From positions 1,710,001 through 1,742,000 of the forward strand of contig NC_014033.1 in the NCBI RefSeq assembly GCF_000025925.1: a DNA stretch of 32,000 nt, read 5' to 3'. The stretch is from Xylanibacter ruminicola 23 (lineage in GTDB: Bacteria; Bacteroidota; Bacteroidia; Bacteroidales; Bacteroidaceae). Both the position numbers and the translations under genes were made by a program. The notes under the pieces were generated by a model. It had not been told where the DNA came from, made no database searches, and worked only from the letters and a program-made list of their open reading frames with translations. This document shows positions 1-8,023 of this stretch, one piece after another (positions within the stretch are counted from its first letter, which is position 1; the number at the start of each line of letters is the position of its first letter).

Positions 1-264
1 TTGCTTTTTTAGATAAACGAATATTTTCTTAAAAAAAGAGCAAGTCCATAGTTCTTCAAAACCAATATCCAAATTGACTACCTTTACCTTATCAGAAAGT
101 GGATAGAATAGCGGTTTATCTTTTCCTTCAGTTAAGATAATAGTAATATCATAACCATAATGATCTGCAAAATAATTGGCTTTTAATGTCAAAACACGTT
201 CAACACCGCCTGCCATATATAACGCAGGTGTACAATAAACTATTTTATATTGTTTGAAAGACAT
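1..264 (-). CDS. glycosyltransferase (GT4/GT1-like), N-terminal 88 codons only; the gene continues past the window start
   Basis: Absent from the ORF track because it is open-ended. The reverse complement of 1-264 starts at ATG (rc of 262-264) and reads MSFKQYKIVYCTPALYMAGGVERVLTLKANYFADHYGYDITIILTEGKDKPLFYPLSDKVKVVNLDIGFEELW... with no stop. The IVY-TP-L-GG-ERV N-terminus is typical of capsule/LPS GT4 enzymes. A TAnnTTTG box lies 21 nt upstream. Confidence 0.5.
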   Translation of the reverse strand, partial: MSFKQYKIVYCTPALYMAGGVERVLTLKANYFADHYGYDITIILTEGKDKPLFYPLSDKVKVVNLDIGFEELWTCSFFKKIFVYLKKQ

Positions 265-284
265 ATGCTAAATTATTTCTTTGG

Positions 285-292
285 CAAAAATA
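285..292 (-). promoter_or_regulatory. Bacteroidota -7 promoter box (TATTTTTG on the minus strand) for the partial GT gene
   Basis: The rc of caaaaata (285-292) is TATTTTTG, matching the TAnnTTTG consensus. It lies 21 nt upstream of the ATG at 264. Confidence 0.4.
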
Positions 293-681
293 CAAAAAAA
301 AAACGAAAATTGCAAATAATTCAGTAGTTTTTGCTTTCTTTGTGGCAAAAATATTCTACAATGATTAAAATTAGTACCAAACACTAATAACACCGGCATT
401 AGAAATGCGTCAACAATTGGAAAGTTTTTTTCTAAACAGGATTTGGATAATTACCTAACAGTAATTGTTGAACTACTTAAATATCAGAAATCTCCAATTA
501 TTAAGAATTTCACAAGACACACATTAAGCAAGTTTTTTATACTTGACATATTCCACCCTAATAGACTATTTTTCTGTATATGAGAAAACTCCAAAATCTG
601 GTTACCTTAAAGTTATCGGATTAAAATAAACTCTCATCTTTTGACTTAAATGAACATATTTAATAGAAATATTGCATAAAA

Positions 682-713
682 TTTGGAATAATCCAAAAAT
701 ATTTGTACTTTTG
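682..713 (+). promoter_or_regulatory. Bacteroidota promoter: -33 TTTG (682-685), 20 nt spacer, -7 TACTTTTG (706-713)
   Basis: Matches the TTTG-N19-21-TAnnTTTG architecture known for the Bacteroides primary sigma factor. It lies 30 nt upstream of the ATG at 743. Confidence 0.5.
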
Positions 714-742
714 TCAACGATAATTTGGCTGATTATACATGT

Positions 743-1936
743 ATGAAGAGTATTTGTTTTATAACAGATAGTATTTTTAAGTCGGGCGGCATGCAGAGAG
801 TGACTGCCGTAATTGCCGAGGAGCTATCAAAACAATATGATGTGACCATCGTAAGTTTTGAAGAACCGGAGCAAGAAGACTTATCGATGTATGGGTTGAA
901 AGACTATCCCGTGAAGATTGTGTTTACCCATTTTCGTAAAACCGAAAAATGGAAAAGCATGTTATACAACGCATACAGCTATCTGTATAAAAACGCTCTG
1001 CCAAAAACAGCCATCACCTCCGATTTATATGCGCACAGCTCTTTTCCCAGAGAGATGCGAGAAGCTGTTGTAAAAATACTAAAAGAAGGCGATTTCGACA
1101 CGATTATTGCAGTAAACTCATATCTCTCCATGCGACTGGCAACCATCAAAAGAGACTTGGGCGATGTAAAAGCTATCGGCTGGATTTACAACTCGTTCAA
1201 TGCTTTCCTGAGAGAGGGTTCACCTTACTTAGGCACTGAGCTAAAATACCACTACGGTAGACAGTTGCAGAAATTGGATGAGACAGTACTGCTGTACCTG
1301 CAGGATTCGGAGATGTACTATCATGCCTACGGATTCTCACCTTTTGTGATTCCAAATCCACTGACACTCAAACCAGGCGCTCCATCAACAGGAAAGAATA
1401 AACGATTCTTAGCAGTAGGAAGATTAACCCCAAAACATAAGGGATTCGACCTGCTGATAAAAGCCTTCGACAAGTTTGCTCAGCGCAATTCCGACTGGTA
1501 TCTGGATATTGTAGGAGATGGACCAGAGAAAGAGGCACTGAACAAGATGATTGAGAATCGCTATCTGACGAAAAGAATAAAGATACATCCCTTTACCGAG
1601 AACATCCAGATGTTCTATTCGCAGGCCAGCATCTATGTATCAAGTTCGAGATGGAAAGACTTCGGACTGGTATTGGTACAGGCAATGGCACACGGACTGC
1701 CAGTGATTTCGTCGGACCTACCATCGAGTAAAGAGATACTGGGCGATTTCGGCATGTACTTTAAGAATGGTGATGTGGACGATCTTGCCAAACGACTGGA
1801 GGAAGCCACTTACATGGATTGGCAGTTAAAATCGAACGAGGCAATTATGATATCGCAACGTTTCAATGCGAACGTGATTGCTGAGCAATGGAAGACGCTG
1901 ATAGAAAGTGATGGACAACGAAACCGTAAGAGCTAA
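743..1936 (+). CDS. glycosyltransferase family 4 (group 1 GT) with a degenerate EX7E motif
   Basis: ORF 725-1936. I prefer the ATG at 743 ([10 protein letters not shown]...) over the TTG at 725. The C-terminal half has the GT4 fold signature (...[22 protein letters not shown]...[11 protein letters not shown]...[26 protein letters not shown]). Confidence 0.85.
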   Translation: MKSICFITDSIFKSGGMQRVTAVIAEELSKQYDVTIVSFEEPEQEDLSMYGLKDYPVKIVFTHFRKTEKWKSMLYNAYSYLYKNALPKTAITSDLYAHSSFPREMREAVVKILKEGDFDTIIAVNSYLSMRLATIKRDLGDVKAIGWIYNSFNAFLREGSPYLGTELKYHYGRQLQKLDETVLLYLQDSEMYYHAYGFSPFVIPNPLTLKPGAPSTGKNKRFLAVGRLTPKHKGFDLLIKAFDKFAQRNSDWYLDIVGDGPEKEALNKMIENRYLTKRIKIHPFTENIQMFYSQASIYVSSSRWKDFGLVLVQAMAHGLPVISSDLPSSKEILGDFGMYFKNGDVDDLAKRLEEATYMDWQLKSNEAIMISQRFNANVIAEQWKTLIESDGQRNRKS

Positions 1937-2501
1937 TTTAAAAAATAGTCCCAAGCTTAAAAAGCTGATTGATTGGGTGATTATGAACCAGGTGCAGACA
2001 AGACCACGCTGGTTTGTAAGATTATTGGCTCCATTATACCAGCACCGAGGTAAACACTCGGTGATTCACCGTTCGGCCAGAATGGACACTCCACCCTACC
2101 GAAAATTCTCACTTGGCAATTATTCGGTGGTGGAATCGTTTGCCTGCATCAACAATGCTGTGGGCGATGTGCTGATTGGCGATTACACCAGAATAGGTCT
2201 ACACAATACGATTATCGGTCCGGTAAAGATTGGTCACCATGTAAACTTAGCGCAAGGCATTACCGTAACAGCATTGAACCACAATTTTGACGACACCAAC
2301 AAACGGATAGACGAGCAAGGTGTAAGCACCAATGCCGTAACCATCGAGGATGACGTATGGATTGGTGCGAATGCCGTGATATTGCCAGGCGTTACGATTG
2401 GTAACCATTGCGTAGTAGCAGCAGGTGCAGTAGTAACCAAGGATGTACCACCCCACTCGCTTGTAGTAGGGGTACCAGCAAAAGTGATCAAGCAGATATG
2501 A
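1911..2501 (+). CDS. hexapeptide-repeat (LbH) acyl/acetyltransferase, WcaF/sugar O-acetyltransferase-like
   Basis: ORF 1908-2501, with GTG at 1908 and ATG at 1911. Left-handed beta-helix repeats are visible ([31 protein letters not shown]...[32 protein letters not shown]). It overlaps the upstream GT by 26 nt and the downstream GT by ATGA. Confidence 0.85.
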   Translation: MDNETVRANLKNSPKLKKLIDWVIMNQVQTRPRWFVRLLAPLYQHRGKHSVIHRSARMDTPPYRKFSLGNYSVVESFACINNAVGDVLIGDYTRIGLHNTIIGPVKIGHHVNLAQGITVTALNHNFDDTNKRIDEQGVSTNAVTIEDDVWIGANAVILPGVTIGNHCVVAAGAVVTKDVPPHSLVVGVPAKVIKQI

Positions 2502-3640
2502 GAATAGGTATCGAAGCACAAAGGGTGTTCCGCCGTAACAAGCACGGTATGGACTACGTGGTTCTGCAAGAGATTAAAGAGCTACAGCAGATAGACACGC
2601 AGAACGAATACTTTGTGTTTGTGGCACCAGGTATTGACCGATGCCTGAAGGATACCAAAAACGTACATATCATCGTTATCGGCGAAAGTTTCTACCCCGT
2701 TTGGGAACAGATAACCCTGCCAAGGGCTGTAAAGAAATACCATCTTGACATCCTGCACTGCACCAGTAATACAGCACCGATATTCTGCGACGTTCCATTG
2801 ATACTGACGCTGCACGACATTATCTTCCTAGAACCAAGAGATAAGAACAACAAGTCTATCTACCAGAACCTAGGCTGGCTGTACCGACGCAAGGTGGTGC
2901 CTAAGATTCTGCAGAAATGTCGTCGCATCATTACAGTGTCGAACTTTGAGAAACAGAATATCATTAACAAACTGCACATCCCCGAAGAGCGGATGGCGAT
3001 GATTTATAATGGCTATAACGACTGGTTCAAGCCTTTAAGGGATGTGGCTGATATCTACCAATCGTATATCGAAAAGCCCGGCTATTTCTTCTTCCTAGGT
3101 AACACCGACCCCAAGAAGAATACAGAGCGTACACTGATTGCTTATTCGAAATACCTGAAGGAATCGACCATAAGACGTAAGTTGCTGATGGCAGATTTAG
3201 ACCAAAGCTACCTGAATGGCATTATTGAACGAAACAACATTGAGAACATCAGACCGTATATCGTGATGCCAGGTTATATCGTAAACAGCGATCTGCCATA
3301 CATCTATAACAGCGCCTTTGCCTTTCTGTACACCTCGCTCAGAGAGAGCTTTGGTATTCCACTCCTTGAGGCGATGGCCTGCGGCACACCCGTGATTACT
3401 TCTAACACCTCGTCGATGCCAGAGATTGGTGGCAGCGAGGCTATCCTCATCAACCCAGAGAATCCTGATGAGATTGCCGCACAGATGTTACGTCTGGAAT
3501 ACGACGAAGCCTACTATGAGGCACAAAAAGTAGTTGGACTAAAAAGAGCAGGTTTGTTCTCGTGGCGCAAAACTGCCGAACAACTGCTGAAACTATACGA
3601 AACGGTTTACAAAGAACTACCGAATTCCAACATCAGCTGA
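2498..3640 (+). CDS. glycosyltransferase family 4
   Basis: ORF 2408-3640. The real start is most likely the ATG at 2498 ([11 protein letters not shown]...), which overlaps the previous stop as ATGA. A canonical EX7E motif ([21 protein letters not shown]) is present. Confidence 0.88.
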   Translation: MRIGIEAQRVFRRNKHGMDYVVLQEIKELQQIDTQNEYFVFVAPGIDRCLKDTKNVHIIVIGESFYPVWEQITLPRAVKKYHLDILHCTSNTAPIFCDVPLILTLHDIIFLEPRDKNNKSIYQNLGWLYRRKVVPKILQKCRRIITVSNFEKQNIINKLHIPEERMAMIYNGYNDWFKPLRDVADIYQSYIEKPGYFFFLGNTDPKKNTERTLIAYSKYLKESTIRRKLLMADLDQSYLNGIIERNNIENIRPYIVMPGYIVNSDLPYIYNSAFAFLYTSLRESFGIPLLEAMACGTPVITSNTSSMPEIGGSEAILINPENPDEIAAQMLRLEYDEAYYEAQKVVGLKRAGLFSWRKTAEQLLKLYETVYKELPNSNIS

Positions 3641-3888
3641 CGAGCATCGGGATTGTTCTGGGTATTTAAACGGTAATACCCACGACGACCTGTGGACTCT
3701 ATGAGCGACTGAGGCGACTTGGAATTCTTAAGCAGATACTGCTGCACATAAGCACGAATTTCATTGAGATCGGGTGTGTAGAAAAAACTCAAATTCATAT
3801 TATACACATGCTTGGACACCTGCATAACGCTGATGCCCTTATCACCCACACTTGTAAGTATACTTAATATCTGCTGATCGTATGTCAT
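3607..3888 (-). CDS. small hypothetical protein (93 aa), probable winged-helix/HARE-HTH-like DNA-binding fold
   Basis: ORF 3607-3888. The pattern ILSILTSVGDKGISVMQVSKHVY...GRRGYYRL resembles a wHTH (helix-turn-helix plus beta wing). I recognise no specific family. The 3' end overlaps the convergent GT by 34 nt. Confidence 0.5.
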   Translation of the reverse strand: MTYDQQILSILTSVGDKGISVMQVSKHVYNMNLSFFYTPDLNEIRAYVQQYLLKNSKSPQSLIESTGRRGYYRLNTQNNPDARQLMLEFGSSL

Positions 3889-3899
3889 TATATTCGCTT

Positions 3900-3934
3900 A
3901 AAAAAGGCCGGTAAAAGCGATTACCGACCTTTTT
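3900..3934 (-). terminator. rho-independent terminator after the H1-tail/wHTH gene
   Basis: On the minus-strand RNA the structure is GGUCGGUAA (rc of 3921-3929), a 6-nt loop, UUACCGGCC (rc of 3906-3914), then U6 (rc of 3900-3905). That gives a 9-bp stem with one G.U pair. Confidence 0.65.
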
Positions 3935-3953
3935 CTATCATTCGTTAAAAGGC

Positions 3954-4262
3954 TTAAGCCAATGTAACTTTTTCACCATCATTAGCGAGCTTGCCCTCCT
4001 TGAAGAGCCAACCCAAACCGAGAAGAGTCTCCTCCTCAGAAATCTTTGCAGCCTTAGCAATCTCCTTTACAGTGAGAGCCTTACCTGCTGCTGCAAGTGC
4101 CTGATATACATCACCTGCCTTGAAACCTACATTCTCAGCGTTGATTGCGAGAACTGCCTTTGCAGCTGCCTTAGGAGCTGCGGCCTTCTTTACGGTTGTT
4201 TTTTTAGCTGGGGCTGCCTTTGTCTCGGTAGCCTTCTTAGCTGTTGCTTTCTTTTCTGCCAT
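3954..4262 (-). CDS. histone H1-like Lys/Ala-rich tail fused to a DUF2582-type winged-helix domain (102 aa)
   Basis: The N-terminal ~36 aa, MAEKKATAKKATETKAAPAKKTTVKKAAAPKAAAKA, is H1/Hc1-like low complexity. The C-terminal GDVYQAL...LTVKEIAKAAKISEEETLLGLGWLFKEGKL matches my memory of the DUF2582 wHTH family. Confidence 0.7.
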   Translation of the reverse strand: MAEKKATAKKATETKAAPAKKTTVKKAAAPKAAAKAVLAINAENVGFKAGDVYQALAAAGKALTVKEIAKAAKISEEETLLGLGWLFKEGKLANDGEKVTLA

Positions 4263-4319
4263 AGTTCTAAAAAATTAATACTCTATTTGAAGTGTTATAC
4301 TTCTGTTAATTTTCGAATG

Positions 4320-4327
4320 CAAAAATA
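4320..4327 (-). promoter_or_regulatory. -7 promoter box (TATTTTTG on the minus strand) for the H1-tail gene
   Basis: The rc of caaaaata (4320-4327) is TATTTTTG. It lies 58 nt upstream of the ATG at 4262. Confidence 0.4.
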
Positions 4328-4430
4328 CCGCTTTTATTCCGGACAACTCGCTGATTTTTAGGCTTTTTTAGCAGAATGTAAATTATTCTTGATGTAGGTC
4401 AACCGACGAACGAAGCAAGCGCAGTGAACT

Positions 4431-6212
4431 TTATTCACTGCCTTGCAAGGAGGAGGTAGAACGCAGTTCAACCTTAAGCTGAAGTTCGTCAAGTTGTTTC
4501 TGATCCAACTCACCTGGGGCATCGAGCATCACGTCGCGACCGCTGTTATTCTTGGGGAATGCGATACAATCACGAATGCTATCGAGACCAGCCATGAGGC
4601 TGACGAAACGATCGAGACCGAAAGCCAGACCTGCGTGAGGGGGTGCTCCGTACTTAAAGGCATTGATGAGGAATCCGAACTGAGCCATAGCGCGCTCGGG
4701 AGTGAAGCCCAGAATCTGGAACATCTTTTCCTGCAACTTACCATCGTGGATACGCAGTGAACCACCACCAACTTCGACACCATTGCAAACAAAGTCGTAA
4801 GCAACGGCACGAACCTTAGCAGGATCGGTATCCAACAGAGGAATATCGTCGGGATTAGGCATTGTGAATGGGTGGTGAGTAGCCATCAGGCGCTGTTCCT
4901 CATCGCTCCACTCAAAGAGTGGGAAGTCGACAATCCACAAGCATACGAACTTATCCTTATCGCGCAGTCCGAGACGGTCACCCATCTCCAGACGGAGTGT
5001 GCAGAGCTGTACACGAGTCTTGTTGGCATTATCGCCACTGAGAATCAGTACCAGGTCGCCATCCTTGGCACCACATGCCTCCTTAACCTGAGCCCAAACC
5101 TCAGGAGTATAGAACTTATCGATAGACGACTTAACAGTACCATCCTCGTTGAACTTAACATATACCAAGCCCTTAGCACCTACCTGAGGACGCTTTACAA
5201 ACTCGGTGAGCTCATCGAGCTGCTTACGAGAATAGTTTGCGCAGCCTGGAACGCAGATACCACCGATATAAGTTGCTTCATTGAATACAGGGAAAGTACC
5301 TGTACCCTTAAGCTGATCCATGAGCTCAACAAACTCCATGCCGAAACGCAAATCGGGCTTATCGCTACCGAAGCGACGCATAGCCTCGTTCCATGTCATA
5401 CGCTGGAGTGCAGGCAGCTCGATACCACGAACCTCCTTGAACAGATGACGAGCAAGATCCTCGAAAATCTGGAGCACATCCTCCTGATCAACAAACGACA
5501 TTTCACAGTCGATCTGAGTAAACTCAGGCTGACGGTCGGCGCGCAGGTCCTCATCACGGAAGCACTTGGCAATCTGGAAGTAACGGTCGAAACCTGATAC
5601 CATCAACAGCTGCTTCAGGGTCTGTGGTGACTGTGGCAGGGCATAGAACTGACCTGGATTCATACGTGAAGGAACCACGAAATCGCGAGCACCCTCAGGT
5701 GTAGAACCAATCAGGATTGGTGTCTCAACCTCGATAAAGTTCTGAGCATCGAGGAAGTTACGAATCAGGATGGTCATGCGGTGACGCAGTTCGAGATTCT
5801 TACGAACAGCAGCACGGCGCAGATCGAGATAACGGTACTTCATACGGATATCATCACCACCGTCGGTGTTATCCTCGATGGTGAATGGAGGTGTGAGACT
5901 CTCGCTCAGCACGTTCAGTTCCTTTACCAGAATCTCAATATCACCAGTTGGCATCTTGGGATTCTTACTCTGGCGTTCGCTTACCTCGCCCTTAATCTGA
6001 ATACAAAATTCACGACCAAGTTTGTTGGCACGCTCGCACAGTTCAGCATCGTCAGCCTCGTTGAAAACAAGCTGAGTCAAGCCATAACGATCGCGAAGAT
6101 CAACGAAGGTCATACCACCCATCTTACGACTTCGCTGTACCCATCCGGCCAGTGTTACAACACTACCGGCATCCTGGAGCCTAAGCTCTCCACAAGTCTT
6201 ACTTCTGTACAT
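4431..6212 (-). CDS. aspS: aspartate--tRNA ligase
   Basis: 593 aa. The N-terminus [44 protein letters not shown] is the OB anticodon-binding domain. Class II motifs are present ([33 protein letters not shown]). Confidence 0.97.
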   Translation of the reverse strand: MYRSKTCGELRLQDAGSVVTLAGWVQRSRKMGGMTFVDLRDRYGLTQLVFNEADDAELCERANKLGREFCIQIKGEVSERQSKNPKMPTGDIEILVKELNVLSESLTPPFTIEDNTDGGDDIRMKYRYLDLRRAAVRKNLELRHRMTILIRNFLDAQNFIEVETPILIGSTPEGARDFVVPSRMNPGQFYALPQSPQTLKQLLMVSGFDRYFQIAKCFRDEDLRADRQPEFTQIDCEMSFVDQEDVLQIFEDLARHLFKEVRGIELPALQRMTWNEAMRRFGSDKPDLRFGMEFVELMDQLKGTGTFPVFNEATYIGGICVPGCANYSRKQLDELTEFVKRPQVGAKGLVYVKFNEDGTVKSSIDKFYTPEVWAQVKEACGAKDGDLVLILSGDNANKTRVQLCTLRLEMGDRLGLRDKDKFVCLWIVDFPLFEWSDEEQRLMATHHPFTMPNPDDIPLLDTDPAKVRAVAYDFVCNGVEVGGGSLRIHDGKLQEKMFQILGFTPERAMAQFGFLINAFKYGAPPHAGLAFGLDRFVSLMAGLDSIRDCIAFPKNNSGRDVMLDAPGELDQKQLDELQLKVELRSTSSLQGSE

Positions 6213-6241
6213 ATTTAATTGCTATTTATTCATTTAAGGTG

Positions 6242-6249
6242 CAAAATTA
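6242..6249 (-). promoter_or_regulatory. -7 promoter box (TAATTTTG on the minus strand) for aspS
   Basis: The rc of caaaatta (6242-6249) is TAATTTTG. It lies 30 nt upstream of the aspS ATG. Confidence 0.45.
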
Positions 6250-6314
6250 CATAAAAAATTGATAATAGACAAACATATTTCTTAATTCTTCGTGATTAAT
6301 TCATATTTTTATAG

Positions 6315-6322
6315 TAACTTTG
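6315..6322 (+). promoter_or_regulatory. -7 promoter box TAACTTTG for the DUF1573 gene
   Basis: TAACTTTG at 6315-6322, 30 nt upstream of the ATG at 6353. Confidence 0.45.
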
Positions 6323-6352
6323 CACTGATTTAATCATTTAAACGACAAAAAG

Positions 6353-6739
6353 ATGAAAAAGATTGCATTTATAGCATTGATGCTGATTTGCGGATTGACA
6401 GCCGCATTGGCACAGAAACCTGCAGAAATCAAGTTCGATAAACTGACACATGATTTCGGAAGTTTCTCTGAGAAAAGTCCTGTTGTTACTTACACCTTCA
6501 CCTATACCAACGTAGGCGAGCAGCCATTGGTTATCAATCAGGCTGTGGCCAGCTGTGGCTGCACCGTACCCGAGTACACCAAGGCTCCTATCAAGCCAGG
6601 CGAGAAAGGCGAAATCAAGGTAACCTATAACGGCGCAGGCAAGTTCCCCGGCCATTTCAAGAAGTCGATCACTATCCGCACCAATGGTGTAGTTGAGATG
6701 ACCCGCCTCTATATTGAGGGAGAAATGACGGAAAACTAA
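6353..6739 (+). CDS. DUF1573 domain-containing secreted protein (128 aa)
   Basis: Signal peptide MKKIAFIALMLICGLTAALAQ. The hallmark F.YTN.G..PL.I....ASCGCT.P...K.PI.PGE.G.I.V.Y pattern of DUF1573 is present. Confidence 0.8.
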   Translation: MKKIAFIALMLICGLTAALAQKPAEIKFDKLTHDFGSFSEKSPVVTYTFTYTNVGEQPLVINQAVASCGCTVPEYTKAPIKPGEKGEIKVTYNGAGKFPGHFKKSITIRTNGVVEMTRLYIEGEMTEN

Positions 6740-7914
6740 AAGCCGTAAGAGAATCCGATAGAGCTATACTCCTTGAACTGGAGGTAACCCAAGTCGTCGT
6801 CCTTCGTACCTGTATCGTCGAAACGAGGGAAGAAGAACAGGTTAGCTGAGATATACTTTGATACACGCAGAGCGAAAGTGTTTTCCCACTCAATCTCTGT
6901 ACGCTTATACGATGTGAATGCATAGAGGCGCGACTTCCATGTGATCACATCGTTTATTTTCCATGTCACATCAGCAGTGAGCTGCGAACCGAAATCAACC
7001 AGCGAATGACGACCTTCCTTCAAACCATAGCTGGTGGCAAGGTCTAAACGATCAACATAACGGTAGTTGATAGCCAATGGCGACAGGTTGACGGTACCCG
7101 ACCATTTCTTATCCTTGGTAGCCAGTTTATAATCCATACCAAGACCGAAGTTGAGGTTGAATGGCGACATAAAATCGGAATAGACATTACGATCGTTTGA
7201 CTTCAAACCCTGTGTAAACTGGCTATAAGCCAGAACCTGCAAGGTATAGTACCAATTCTTGGCAGCCTGCAAGCCGACCTTACTGGTGAGACGAATCAGG
7301 TCCTCATTCGACTTGAACTTATGAATCGAGTCAGTACGTGAACGCAGGAAACCTAGTTTCATCTCCAACTTATTATCCCACTTCCATTTGTTACGGTTAT
7401 CGTAGTTGGCCTCTAAGGTCAGCGAACCCACCATCGAGTAGTTACTTTCACCGCCCTTATACCAGTTACCACTTACATAGTTCTGCATAAACTGCAGATA
7501 GCCATCACCTTTCTTTGTCCAGAAATCGGGTTTCTGAACCAGAATGGTAGTAGGCACATCGTCGGGGGTATCGATAACAGGACTTTCAACCTTTTCAACC
7601 AGCTTTACCTGGTTCTTAATGGGCTGATCCACATCCTTACGAATATTACCGGTTTGCTGAAGTTCCGACTCGGTGGTATTCACCAGATCAGGACGGTTCA
7701 GATAAATATGCAACAAGGCTTCGTCAATAGCATCAGCCACAGGGTCCTGACCAGCCGAATCGGGCTGGATTGAAAGTGATTTGTTAGCCACATTGTGGTA
7801 GAAAGTGACTGGTGCAAACAAACGAAAATAGCGTCCGTCTAATGTATCTTTTGGTTGAGCAGCAGAGGCGCTAAGCGTCCAAAATGCTGCGAATAATAAT
7901 GCAACTTTTCTCAT
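6736..7914 (-). CDS. outer-membrane beta-barrel-like protein, DUF3078-like (392 aa)
   Basis: It has a signal peptide (MRKVALLFAAFWTLSASAAQ), alternating beta-strand patterning, a C-terminal aromatic residue (..IGFSYGF), and an NWYKGGESNYS motif that I associate with DUF3078. The family name is from memory and has not been searched. Confidence 0.6.
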   Translation of the reverse strand: MRKVALLFAAFWTLSASAAQPKDTLDGRYFRLFAPVTFYHNVANKSLSIQPDSAGQDPVADAIDEALLHIYLNRPDLVNTTESELQQTGNIRKDVDQPIKNQVKLVEKVESPVIDTPDDVPTTILVQKPDFWTKKGDGYLQFMQNYVSGNWYKGGESNYSMVGSLTLEANYDNRNKWKWDNKLEMKLGFLRSRTDSIHKFKSNEDLIRLTSKVGLQAAKNWYYTLQVLAYSQFTQGLKSNDRNVYSDFMSPFNLNFGLGMDYKLATKDKKWSGTVNLSPLAINYRYVDRLDLATSYGLKEGRHSLVDFGSQLTADVTWKINDVITWKSRLYAFTSYKRTEIEWENTFALRVSKYISANLFFFPRFDDTGTKDDDLGYLQFKEYSSIGFSYGF

Positions 7915-7922
7915 ATCTGGTG

Positions 7923-7930
7923 CAAAGATA
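7923..7930 (-). promoter_or_regulatory. possible -7 box (TATCTTTG on the minus strand) only 8 nt from the DUF3078-like ATG
   Basis: The rc of caaagata (7923-7930) is TATCTTTG. This spacing would give a nearly leaderless mRNA, so either the mRNA is near-leaderless or this is not the functional box. Confidence 0.3.
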
Positions 7931-7973
7931 CAATTTTTTGCCTATAGTATGCATTCTTTTCGCATTTTTTTCG

Positions 7974-7981
7974 TAATTTTG
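7974..7981 (+). promoter_or_regulatory. -7 promoter box TAATTTTG for yidC
   Basis: TAATTTTG at 7974-7981, 42 nt upstream of the ATG at 8024. Confidence 0.45.
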
Positions 7982-8023
7982 CACCTTGATTTACGCGTAC
8001 ATTAATAAAAAAGCAAAATAGAA

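Noticed and set aside
361-456. Tiny ATG-initiated ORFs in the AT-rich spacer: MIKISTKH at 361 and MRQQLESFFLNRIWIIT at 405.
   Set aside because: They are very short, lie in low-complexity AT-rich DNA where such ORFs arise by chance, and have no supporting signals.
2408-2497. N-terminal extensions proposed by the ORF track: 2408 for GT4-2, 725 (TTG) for GT4-1, 27601 (TTG) for trpE and 15245 (TTG) for MFS-2.
   Set aside because: In each case an in-frame ATG slightly downstream gives a protein that starts at the conserved N-terminus. It also removes a long overlap or a non-ATG start. For 2408, the extension lies in another frame of the acetyltransferase gene.
4421-4439. Hairpin CAGTGAA-cttta-TTCACTG overlapping the aspS stop codon, considered as a terminator.
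   Set aside because: It has only 7 bp, no following U-tract on the minus strand, and overlaps coding sequence. That is insufficient to call a terminator.
4872-5597. 241-aa ORF on the plus strand inside aspS.
   Set aside because: It is antisense to an unambiguous aspS reading frame. The translation has no recognisable motifs, and there is no promoter box or plausible start context. It is a typical shadow ORF.
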